IMG/VR virus record: IMGVR_UViG_3300009095_000010
Span: 1-64,000 of that record
Length of the DNA stretch: 64,000 nt
From: a virus
Lineage: Duplodnaviria > Caudoviricetes
Reading direction: 5' to 3' (one strand)
In this document: in pieces, positions 1 to 8,358 of the stretch
How positions within the stretch are numbered: the stretch's first letter is position 1
How the letters are laid out: every line of letters starts with the position of its first letter
Notes under the pieces: generated by a model
What the model saw: the letters and a program-made list of their open reading frames with translations, nothing else
Database searches by the model: none
Told to the model about the DNA's origin: nothing
Position numbers and translations under genes: made by a program

Positions 1-1617
1 ATGATCATCATCACTGAGCCCTGTAAGGGCTCCGTGATCTGTAACTACAGAATCTGAAATATTTCCTAAAGCCTCATCAATTTGATAGAGGTGTTCCCCT
101 ATCAAATTGTTAATTGGAGAATTGTAGTTACTAGGAGAATATGTTAGAGAAACATTATAACCATCAATCTCATCAGCTCCACCAGACTCGTGTCTGGTGG
201 AGTGAGATTGTATTGTAACGCCATTAATTGTGGTAACGTTAGTAATATTATCGGAATCATCAATGATGATTCCGGAATTTTGAATTGTATAACCATCAGT
301 TCCTGACCATCGAACAATTGCGTTATCAGTTGTAGATGACGGCCCAGTTACTGTTCCGGAACCTCCCCCAACAATCAGGGAATTCAACATCTCTAAAGCA
401 TCAGAAACAGTAACTCCTGAAATAGCTGATACATTTGTTATTTCATCTGAATCATAATCTCCAGATACAGCTACAATAACTCCTGTTCTTCCAAACACAG
501 AGTTTACAGTATTTGCTTGAGCCCCAACTTCAATAGATTCAAGTTTAGAATATCCATCAGAACTAAAAAAACCATCTTGTAAAGCAGTTGCAACATCATG
601 AAGAGAACCACCACCAAGATTACCGTGTTGAGAATCCGAAGCTAAAACACCAATACGAATATCATTTGAACTTATAACTATAGATCCATCAGCGTGTGGT
701 GTTACATTTAATGTAATATCCGTTGAAAGATCTCCACCTCCAGTAAGACCATTTCCAGCTATTACTTGTCTTGTTTCATAAACATAACCATCTGTAATGT
801 TATTTAAATCTAACCAAATTAAACCACCAGATCCATTTGGTCTTAAAACAAAATTTGAATTTGTTTCTAATGTAGAAAGGTTCTCAATTTGAATCTCATC
901 AACTCCACCAGACTCGTGTCTGGTGGAGTGAGATGATATATCCACACCATCAACAGTACCAACGTTAATAATGTTATTAGTTCCTAAATCAAGACTACCA
1001 GACAAAGCCCTAGTGCCTGATACTAATAAATACTGGGTGTGGTCGTCGTCTGCAAGACCTATTAATGCACCGTGATCCGTTACGACAGATGAGGCGATAA
1101 CGTTTAACTCATCATCAATTTGAAATAAGTGTTCGCCAAGTATATTATTTAATGGCGCATCATAATTCATAGGAGCATATGTAACCGCAATATTATAACC
1201 ATCAATCTCGTCCGCTCCTCCATTTTCATGTCGTAAAGCGTGATTTTCAATAATTACACCATTAATTGAAATAACTCCAGTAATATTATTAGAGTTATCA
1301 ATTATAATACTAGAATCTTGGATGTTATATCCATCCGTTCCATCCCATCTTACTATTGAATTATCTGTCGTAGAAGAAGGTCCGCTAACATTTCCAGAAC
1401 CACTTCCGCCGCCAGACCCAAAAATTTGCCATGTTGGGCCCAAAGGATCTAAAAGTATGTATAGGTTATCTGTATCTAGATCTCTGGCTATTTTATTTCT
1501 ATCTTCTGTGGTAAAGCCTGTAGCCGCAAGCCTTTCTGTTGGATCTGTATATTCATAAGCAACAGCACCATGAATACCATCAGCCACAGTTTGTTTTTTA
1601 TGCAATGGATTTGGCAT
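1..1617 (-). CDS. Tail/capsid fibre-like structural protein, 3'-partial (runs off the window; missing from the ORF track)
   Basis: Hand translation from ATG at 1617 (MPNPLHKKQTVADGIHG...) is open to base 1 (539 codons). It is G/S/T/N/D-rich with fibre-type motifs (AGNGLTGGGDLS, VNSVFGRTG, DHGALxGLxDDDH) and an internal duplication with a 1038-nt (346-aa) period. Confidence 0.8.
   Translation of the reverse strand, partial: MPNPLHKKQTVADGIHGAVAYEYTDPTERLAATGFTTEDRNKIARDLDTDNLYILLDPLGPTWQIFGSGGGSGSGNVSGPSSTTDNSIVRWDGTDGYNIQDSSIIIDNSNNITGVISINGVIIENHALRHENGGADEIDGYNIAVTYAPMNYDAPLNNILGEHLFQIDDELNVIASSVVTDHGALIGLADDDHTQYLLVSGTRALSGSLDLGTNNIINVGTVDGVDISSHSTRHESGGVDEIQIENLSTLETNSNFVLRPNGSGGLIWLDLNNITDGYVYETRQVIAGNGLTGGGDLSTDITLNVTPHADGSIVISSNDIRIGVLASDSQHGNLGGGSLHDVATALQDGFFSSDGYSKLESIEVGAQANTVNSVFGRTGVIVAVSGDYDSDEITNVSAISGVTVSDALEMLNSLIVGGGSGTVTGPSSTTDNAIVRWSGTDGYTIQNSGIIIDDSDNITNVTTINGVTIQSHSTRHESGGADEIDGYNVSLTYSPSNYNSPINNLIGEHLYQIDEALGNISDSVVTDHGALTGLSDDDH
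177..934. repeat. Exact 32-nt direct repeat (177-208, 903-934) containing a perfect 11-bp inverted repeat
   Basis: ctccaccagac-tcgt-gtctggtggag-tgagat occurs twice; it encodes part of SHSTRHESGG on the - strand. Confidence 0.9.
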
Positions 1618-1640
1618 ACTCAAATGACAAAATATTAGCC

Positions 1641-2225
1641 TTATTCATCACTATAAACTAAAAGATACCCGGCATCATTTACTAACCACCCCTGAATAGT
1701 TGTTATTGGCAATGCTCTTTGAAATGTAGTTCCATTGATGGAAAACAAAACCTGACCAACAAGAGTAGCTGCTGGCGTTCCGTACCCATCAGTAACAGCC
1801 TGGTCGAGATCCTCTAATACTTGTTGTAAATTAGAGGATATTGAAACAGTAAGATTTCTAGGATCAACACCCACCTTGGTAGCTCCGGCTGGGTGGTACA
1901 AATTTCCATACCCATCTACAGAGTTAGGAATGGCCCCTACTACCCTAAAAGTATCAGCAGGGTCTACTATTTCCTCTACGGTATAAACACCCGCAGCGGC
2001 TCCTGAGAGTATCTCAAAAGTATCCCCAACCTGAACTGGCTCATCAATATTATTGAGCCTGTCCAAAACAGTTGGGGTAGCGATAACAACATTACGAGAA
2101 GAGGATGTTGTAGATACCAAGCCAACAACTCTGTATGGATTTGTGTACCCATCAGAGGCAAGCTCTATAGCATCAACAAACTCTTCATCAACAACATCTG
2201 TTCTAGAAATTTTGTTTGACATCAT
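1641..2225 (-). CDS. Virion structural protein (hypothetical)
   Basis: 194-aa ORF, beta-rich composition, three DGY motifs, in the structural cluster. Confidence 0.6.
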   Translation of the reverse strand: MMSNKISRTDVVDEEFVDAIELASDGYTNPYRVVGLVSTTSSSRNVVIATPTVLDRLNNIDEPVQVGDTFEILSGAAAGVYTVEEIVDPADTFRVVGAIPNSVDGYGNLYHPAGATKVGVDPRNLTVSISSNLQQVLEDLDQAVTDGYGTPAATLVGQVLFSINGTTFQRALPITTIQGWLVNDAGYLLVYSDE

Positions 2226-2247
2226 TAAGATGTCAATTTCTTAGTAG

Positions 2248-2688
2248 TTATTTACGAAGAGCTTTCTTCCTCGCTTTTGTAGTTTGCTTCTCTTTTTCAG
2301 CCTGCTTTGCAGCTATAGCTGCAACAGCTGCGATCTCTTCCTCAGAAAGATCGTCCTTTTTATCATGTTCAACAATATCCTCTTTAGGATTTTCAACAAC
2401 TTCTTGTTGTTGTAGCTTTCTGATAATAGAACCAAAAACTGTATAAACTAGGTTTTGAGTTGTTTGAAAGGATGTAGCTTGAGCATCCGCCCGAGCAGCT
2501 TCTCTTTCATATTGATGTTTCAGTTGAAGGCAGCGTTGTCTTTGCTCTTCGGCTTCATTCAATATCGAAATTAATGTAAGTTCAAAGATGGATTTTTGAT
2601 CGCCAGTAAGTATTCCAGCTATCGCCGCCTCTCTAAACTTGTTCCGTAAATCAATAAGTACTTGTGCAGGGTCTTTTGCTTTATCCAT
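2248..2688 (-). CDS. Hypothetical coiled-coil protein
   Basis: Helical E/Q/K-rich ORF; probable start MDKAK at 2688 overlaps the upstream gene end. Confidence 0.6.
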   Translation of the reverse strand: MDKAKDPAQVLIDLRNKFREAAIAGILTGDQKSIFELTLISILNEAEEQRQRCLQLKHQYEREAARADAQATSFQTTQNLVYTVFGSIIRKLQQQEVVENPKEDIVEHDKKDDLSEEEIAAVAAIAAKQAEKEKQTTKARKKALRK

Positions 2689-2914
2689 TTCTTTCTCTTT
2701 GTTTTTTAATTCTAGCTGCGTAATTGACAATTATCAAACAGGGTTCGCAAATAATTTTGCCCTGTCCTTTTCCTCTAATCTTCCAAAAACGGATTGGTTG
2801 AGGTTCAGAATCTGGTCCATATCTTTTAAATAGCTTTGGTGCGATGTGTCCACATTCGCACCAAAGATCTTCTGGGGTTTCTATTTGTTGAAATTCTATA
2901 TCAGCTATCAACAT
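2681..2914 (-). CDS. Small Cys-containing (possible Zn-binding) hypothetical protein
   Basis: CECGH ... CEPC motifs; tightly packed with neighbours. Confidence 0.55.
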   Translation of the reverse strand: MLIADIEFQQIETPEDLWCECGHIAPKLFKRYGPDSEPQPIRFWKIRGKGQGKIICEPCLIIVNYAARIKKQRERNG

Positions 2915-2920
2915 ATCAGA

Positions 2921-4414
2921 TCATATAACGGTGAAATAATTCACATGATCGCCGGCCTTCCACTTAATATATGGAGTGATTGATGTTGTAGATGTTTCCT
3001 CATAATCATTACCATCAACAATACTTCCAGGATCTTGAAGCTGACCTCTCCAGAATACCCAGAGGTATCTGCCATTATCAGTACCATCAATACCATAACT
3101 TAAACCACCTGGAAGTACATGCTGCGTTCCAGCTGTAACCTGAGCGCTCAATCTTTCAATTGTTCTCGTAATACCACTAGAAGAGGCAACTGCATTAGAA
3201 AGCTCTTGAAGAGATTGCGTTATTGTATAACCATCTGTTAGAATTGGGCCTGTGTAATCTCTGCTTCCAATCTGAGCATTTAATGTATTTAAGGCCTCTA
3301 CAACAGATGGTGTTACGTCTGGTAAGTTGTAGAATGGGTAATACATTCCAGTATTGGTAAGTAAACCAGCAAGGTCTGTATCGTCAGGGCTAGCTCCGAT
3401 AATTTGTAGAATATTATCTATATCCTGAGACAATCCAGCATCTGCAACCAAACCATTTACAAGGGTTGTTCTAAATGCAGTATCGGACGCAGAACTGAGA
3501 CAAGATCTATATGGGTAGTAAACATCAACAACTGTTGGTTGACCATCCTCCCACGTATAAGCAACAGAGTTTGCAAGAGGCTCATCAATCGGTACAGATC
3601 TAAGCTCCACCTCTACAGAATCCGGAGATGTTGAACCTCCAGCTCGGGTGCGTCCAAAAATTCTATTTCCAGCATTAATACCAGAGATAACCAAAAGCCC
3701 TTGTTGATAACCATCAGCAATCAATTCTACATAAGTAGACTCGTCATTACCAACGTCATAACCATCATAAATAGGAACACCAGTTACATCAACGGCATCA
3801 GCATGTTTTAGCTGGTCAACTGCATTGAGTGTAACAAATGTATAACCGTCAACAAAGTCAACGTTTTCAAATTTTCTAGTAAAAACAAATGATTTTGCAT
3901 CAAGCGTATTACCGGCAATATTTAAAAGATTTGCCGGTACTGGTGTTATTTGATCTGTACACCTGTAATATGTTGGAACGTCAGCATCATAAGCAACACC
4001 TTTGATAGCTGCACGATCTGTTCTGTGATAGTTGTGATCATCTTCTGCTGAATATGGTGCTCTTTGAGTCCAATCGATTGTACCGTTATTTGCATCACCA
4101 CCAACACCAGAAGCATTTAGTACAACAACAGTATTTGGATCGATGTACTGAGTTACCAAAAAGGTACCGTTGTTTCCTGCGCTAGCCGCTCCAGAAATTG
4201 TAATGAAAGTGTTAATACTTTCGGCTGTCATGCCGGTCAAACCACCAACCGTCATATCTGGAGCAGTACCAGTGATTGTTGCGGCTGTACCTGTCTGGCC
4301 GGTTATTGCTCTTCCGAGCATCAATGATTCTTCTACTGTATTAAGACCATCAGTCTGAAAAAGTGTTCCAGCAATGTCTAAAGCTTGATCGATTAGGTTG
4401 TCGAGTGTTGTCAT
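2921..4414 (-). CDS. Virion structural protein (outer capsid/neck/tail, beta-rich)
   Basis: 497 aa, T/G/D-rich, four DGY motifs; C-terminal VFWRGQLQ...DYEET segment resembles the C-terminus of the 4424-5044 protein. Confidence 0.65.
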   Translation of the reverse strand: MTTLDNLIDQALDIAGTLFQTDGLNTVEESLMLGRAITGQTGTAATITGTAPDMTVGGLTGMTAESINTFITISGAASAGNNGTFLVTQYIDPNTVVVLNASGVGGDANNGTIDWTQRAPYSAEDDHNYHRTDRAAIKGVAYDADVPTYYRCTDQITPVPANLLNIAGNTLDAKSFVFTRKFENVDFVDGYTFVTLNAVDQLKHADAVDVTGVPIYDGYDVGNDESTYVELIADGYQQGLLVISGINAGNRIFGRTRAGGSTSPDSVEVELRSVPIDEPLANSVAYTWEDGQPTVVDVYYPYRSCLSSASDTAFRTTLVNGLVADAGLSQDIDNILQIIGASPDDTDLAGLLTNTGMYYPFYNLPDVTPSVVEALNTLNAQIGSRDYTGPILTDGYTITQSLQELSNAVASSSGITRTIERLSAQVTAGTQHVLPGGLSYGIDGTDNGRYLWVFWRGQLQDPGSIVDGNDYEETSTTSITPYIKWKAGDHVNYFTVI

Positions 4415-4423
4415 TATTTATCC

Positions 4424-5044
4424 TTAGGTTTCTACTACGTAGTCTGCTACAAGTACGCTTCTTGGTTTTGGTGAAAAGCAAAGAATAATTGTATCGTATC
4501 CTGTTCCCGGACCACCGCTTTCAGATACATAATAATCAATAGTTTCAACTAAATCCCTACCGTTATGTCTAATTAGTATTCGAAATTCATTATTACCGAA
4601 CGTTCCGTTGATAAAATTTTCCGGTGTGGTAAATACCCTGTTAGAATTATTCTTGGTACCAATAAGAGAAATCTGCTGCTTGAAGTAAAATGGCATATAC
4701 CCATCACCACCTCCGCCGCCAGAGTTGACAACCTCTAAGCCTTTCATAATTCCAACAGATTCTAAAAACGCTTTCTGGCATTCATCAAATTGCAACAAAT
4801 CAATATTTGAATCTACTACAATAGCTTCCCCTGCACGAAGCTTTGTAAGAAGCTCGCCTTTGAGAAGTGCATGTCGAATATCAGCTTCTGAAACGTATGG
4901 AATATCCATCAAATCACGTTCCAATCCGTTCTTGATAGGATAATCAAATATCTTGATCCTTTTCCCATCAGGGGCTATATTCTTCACAACAAATACTGTT
5001 GGACATTTTTTCTGAAACCAAGTTTCAAAACCTACAGCTGGCAT
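4424..5044 (-). CDS. Virion structural protein (hypothetical)
   Basis: 206 aa; two domains joined by a GGGGGDGY linker; C-terminal GTKNNSNRVFTTP...NGRDL...DY segment typical of phage structural beta-domains. Confidence 0.6.
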   Translation of the reverse strand: MPAVGFETWFQKKCPTVFVVKNIAPDGKRIKIFDYPIKNGLERDLMDIPYVSEADIRHALLKGELLTKLRAGEAIVVDSNIDLLQFDECQKAFLESVGIMKGLEVVNSGGGGGDGYMPFYFKQQISLIGTKNNSNRVFTTPENFINGTFGNNEFRILIRHNGRDLVETIDYYVSESGGPGTGYDTIILCFSPKPRSVLVADYVVET

Positions 5045-5051
5045 TCAAACC

Positions 5052-5825
5052 TCAATCTACAACATTTTCGGTTATTTTAATTGTAATAGTTCTTTCAACA
5101 GTTCGCTCACCATCTCTTCTTAGATTTTCACCACCAAAAATTGCATTAACAATAGACTCTTGTGTCGTCTTTGTCAGTGAATCTTTGACTAGTTGTTTAG
5201 GCTCATCCTCGTTCGCCCCTACCTCTTTGAGGTAGTTTGCTCTACCAACCAAATCTTCATCCTTCTTGATGATGCATTCAGATATTTTATCTTCAGAGTA
5301 TTTCTCCAAATTCTCCATAGATAATCTGTATCTAGCAAATATAAGCTGCTCTAAATAAGAAATTTGTGGGCGAAAAATATCAAGATCAGACTCCTTGACC
5401 CTTAGAATTCTAAATACATTATCATAGAGCTGTCTTGCGTAACTCTCAAACCACTCAGGTTCCTTACCAAGTTTCTTCTTAAGGTCCGTTAAAACTCTCG
5501 CTAATTTAGCAAATGCCTTGAGCTTTGATTCATCATCTTTATCAATGAACTCATCTGAACGATGCCAGTATTGAAGGTTCTTTCTTGGGTTTCTAGAACT
5601 TTCCTGATCAACCCTGCGGGTATCGAAAGCAAACTTTGTAATTGGTCCTGGAAGAACTTTCTCAAAAGCCGCAATTCTTGCCGACTGCTCCACACCCCTA
5701 TCCTCAGCTCTAGAAATAATAGAGTAAGTTCTAGATGCAGGCGCAGAACCAGTCTTTACACAATCAACATAGTCAGATGCAATCTTCTCGATTACTTTTA
5801 TTTTTGCGTCAATTGGTAAACTCAC
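5052..5825 (-). CDS. Hypothetical head-associated protein
   Basis: 257 aa with GGAG Shine-Dalgarno; immediately downstream of the capsid gene; carries a KIAS motif. Confidence 0.6.
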   Translation of the reverse strand: MSLPIDAKIKVIEKIASDYVDCVKTGSAPASRTYSIISRAEDRGVEQSARIAAFEKVLPGPITKFAFDTRRVDQESSRNPRKNLQYWHRSDEFIDKDDESKLKAFAKLARVLTDLKKKLGKEPEWFESYARQLYDNVFRILRVKESDLDIFRPQISYLEQLIFARYRLSMENLEKYSEDKISECIIKKDEDLVGRANYLKEVGANEDEPKQLVKDSLTKTTQESIVNAIFGGENLRRDGERTVERTITIKITENVVD

Positions 5826-5874
5826 AATTCTCCATATAACCCAAGCAGATACAAAGTAATGCTTAAGAATGCAT

Positions 5875-5903
5875 AAAAAAGGGGTAGCGAAAATCGCTAC
5901 CCC
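5875..5903 (-). terminator. Rho-independent terminator after the major capsid gene
   Basis: Perfect 10-bp stem GGGGTAGCGA/TCGCTACCCC followed by T6 on the - strand. Confidence 0.9.
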
Positions 5904-5928
5904 AATTTATCTATCTACCGAGTTGGAC

Positions 5929-6939
5929 TTAGCCAGCTACAACGCTCTTACGAGCTGCTGCAACACCGCGTGGGTTCACGATACCGATACCGATTTCCTC
6001 GGACACAACCCATCCAAGCTTGAGCTGCTTTGGCTCGTCTGCTGGGATAACTTCGATGTCCTGACGGATTGGCATAACACCAACGAACTCTGGGTCTGCT
6101 GCACCGTAAACGGTTCCTGGAGGAACGATCTTGGAAACCATGATGTCTGCGCCCCAGATGTGAGCGTAAAGACCGGTCTGGAGAATCTCACGCTGTGTAA
6201 CAGGATCGATCTCACCGCCGCCAGGTCCCTGACCACCGCCGGATCCCCAGTTGAGGATGTCGGTGAACTCAGTGATGTTCATGAAGTACTTCGTTGTTAC
6301 AAGGTCCCAACGATCAATCTGAGCCTTGATCTCAACGAGGTCTCTCTTGAGAAGACCACCATCAGAGATGTCCTGAAGAACGTTCTCAACAGATGCAGCA
6401 GCATCAACAGCAGCGAAGATGTTTGCATCTTCCTGTGCCATAAGCTCTTGGCGAGCTTTCTGCACTGCACGGTCGATTACGTTGAATCGACGACGACGTA
6501 CCTCAGAGATACGAACGGTTGGGTTGGAGTAAAGTTCGAATGTTGGAACTACGATTCTATCACCGAATACACGGGATTCACCGCCTGTACCGTTAGAAGA
6601 AATAACAGTAGCAGCAACATCGATATCTCTCTCGTACTTAGGATCAACACCCTGTGGGAGCGCGTCAACTACCAAAAGTCTACGTGCAATTCCTTGGTAG
6701 TCCAAGTTACGACGAATTGGGTTTGCCATTGCCTGAGCAAGAGCAAGCTTTCCTTCCTGTGTCATGATAGCGCGAGCAATCAACTCGTCGCGCTTCTCAT
6801 CGTTCAGCCCTGGCTGTCCAGCAAGTGCTGTGTTAGATGGCTGATTCTCTTCGAGAATCGAAGCGTATCTTACTAGTGTGTTCAATGCATCCTTTACGGA
6901 TGTGGCGTTCATTTCGCCCTGTGTAGTGAACAAAGACAT
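5929..6939 (-). CDS. Major capsid protein (HK97 fold)
   Basis: 336 aa; LAQAMANPIRRNLDY, FELYSNP, AQEDANIF, GLYAHIWGADI and EEIGIGIVNPRG motifs typical of large-phage MCPs; strong codon bias, GGAG SD and its own terminator. Confidence 0.9.
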   Translation of the reverse strand: MSLFTTQGEMNATSVKDALNTLVRYASILEENQPSNTALAGQPGLNDEKRDELIARAIMTQEGKLALAQAMANPIRRNLDYQGIARRLLVVDALPQGVDPKYERDIDVAATVISSNGTGGESRVFGDRIVVPTFELYSNPTVRISEVRRRRFNVIDRAVQKARQELMAQEDANIFAAVDAAASVENVLQDISDGGLLKRDLVEIKAQIDRWDLVTTKYFMNITEFTDILNWGSGGGQGPGGGEIDPVTQREILQTGLYAHIWGADIMVSKIVPPGTVYGAADPEFVGVMPIRQDIEVIPADEPKQLKLGWVVSEEIGIGIVNPRGVAAARKSVVAG

Positions 6940-6999
6940 AAATTATCTCCTATTTATTGTTTGTGTGTAAGGAACCAAAATCCATCAGTTCCTATAGCG

Positions 7000-7029
7000 A
7001 AGCCGAGGCCGCGAAAGCCGCCCCGGCTC
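7000..7029 (-). promoter_or_regulatory. GC-rich intercistronic hairpin without U-tract, upstream of the capsid gene
   Basis: - strand GAGCCGGGGC-GGC-TTTC-GCG-GCCTCGGCTT forms a long stem. Confidence 0.55.
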
Positions 7030-7040
7030 CTTCAATCAGC

Positions 7041-7739
7041 TTATGACTGAGATGGTGGGTTGAAGTGAATCAACGCGCGCTTGAATGCGTTAGCTTGTGG
7101 CTGTCCCTGACCAACTGGAGAGTTAGCTGCGGAAACCAAGCTTACTGGGGTTGTTACAAGAGATCCGCCCTTGTAAGGCTCGAAGTTCATGAAGTAACCA
7201 ACCTTTACGTTCTCGAATGCAGAAGCGCTATCTGGTGTCAAAAGACCTGCGTCAGTTGCGTACAGAGGATCTGCGATAGAGAGAGTTGAGTTAGTTGGAA
7301 CAAGACCTGTAGAAGCGGTCGTGTCTACTGCATCGAGCGTAACTGCATAGGTTCCTGGCTTGTCCCAAAGGGTAAGCTTTCCAGAGCCTGTTGCTGAGTG
7401 AGGTCCGAGAACCTGTCCGTTGTAAGTACCAACACCGTCAGAAATCTGACCAGCTACACCGCCGATTACAGAACCGAAAAGAGTTCCGTATCCTGTGATA
7501 CCATCATCAACAAGGAAAAGTGGACGAGCGCCAGTTGCGAGCTGAGTGGTAACTGTTGGACGCATTGTTCCAACATATCCATCAGATGGCAGTGCTGTCT
7601 TGTCTGTTCCACCAAATCTCTTTGCTGTTACACCAACGATTGTTGCTACCTCACCACCTTTTACAGTGAGATAAATTCCATCATATCCATCAAATTGTCC
7701 AAGCGGGTTAATGCCTGGCTGTACTAGTTCTAAAGCCAT
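7041..7739 (-). CDS. Capsid cement/decoration protein
   Basis: 232 aa directly upstream of the MCP; high-expression codon bias; LYATDAGLLT segment typical of beta-tulip cement proteins; similar to the 15208-15900 and 14685-15086 proteins. Confidence 0.7.
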   Translation of the reverse strand: MALELVQPGINPLGQFDGYDGIYLTVKGGEVATIVGVTAKRFGGTDKTALPSDGYVGTMRPTVTTQLATGARPLFLVDDGITGYGTLFGSVIGGVAGQISDGVGTYNGQVLGPHSATGSGKLTLWDKPGTYAVTLDAVDTTASTGLVPTNSTLSIADPLYATDAGLLTPDSASAFENVKVGYFMNFEPYKGGSLVTTPVSLVSAANSPVGQGQPQANAFKRALIHFNPPSQS

Positions 7740-7911
7740 AGTATATCCTTTTGTACCTATAACGAGGTACCCGTATTAGTCTTACATCTAACAGGTCTTA
7801 CAAATAAATGCTCTTGTAGTAGTAGATAAGATTATTTTTTTACAGAATCTATCAAATTAAATAATCTCTTCATTCTAGAATCTATATTTCCTGCCATTTC
7901 TGGCTGATTTT

Positions 7912-8352
7912 CTATTTCTTCATTCTCAATTTTTTCTTCAGAATTTTCTTGAAGATCATGTTTTTTTGTGGTGCCGGGTTGTTCCAGTTCCCCTGATTTT
8001 GATTTTTACTAGGAGACCACTCATCTGAGTTGGCATCATCTTGAGATATAAACATCTGATCGAAGTATGTCCCACCCCTATTTTCATCCGGTGGACCCAA
8101 TGCATCCAATGTTGCTTGACCTTCTTTGTGCAAATCTAACAAATGCATTGCCTCTTTGGCATCTTCAATAGTAGTGTTAATTTTATCGTTGCTCCAAATC
8201 ATTCCCTTGGCCACAGGAACGCGCTTGGCTATGTATGAATCGAAGGAAGAAATAGCTCTCTTAAAGTCATCATCCATCTCACTAGAGAGAATGTCTCCAG
8301 TATACAAATCTTGTTCGCTCAAATATTTCTTCCACTTGAGAACATTAGTCAT
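7912..8352 (-). CDS. Hypothetical protein
   Basis: 146-aa ORF with basic C-terminus and GAGG SD. Confidence 0.55.
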   Translation of the reverse strand: MTNVLKWKKYLSEQDLYTGDILSSEMDDDFKRAISSFDSYIAKRVPVAKGMIWSNDKINTTIEDAKEAMHLLDLHKEGQATLDALGPPDENRGGTYFDQMFISQDDANSDEWSPSKNQNQGNWNNPAPQKNMIFKKILKKKLRMKK

Positions 8353-8358
8353 AGACCC

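Noticed and set aside
1-1617. Diversity-generating retroelement (repeat plus hairpin in a fibre gene)
   Set aside because: Both repeat units are in-frame coding, differences are not adenine-specific, and no reverse transcriptase is in the window.
5869-6876. 335-aa + strand ORF
   Set aside because: It is the antisense shadow of the codon-biased major capsid gene, with no recognisable motifs and a start inside the terminator region.
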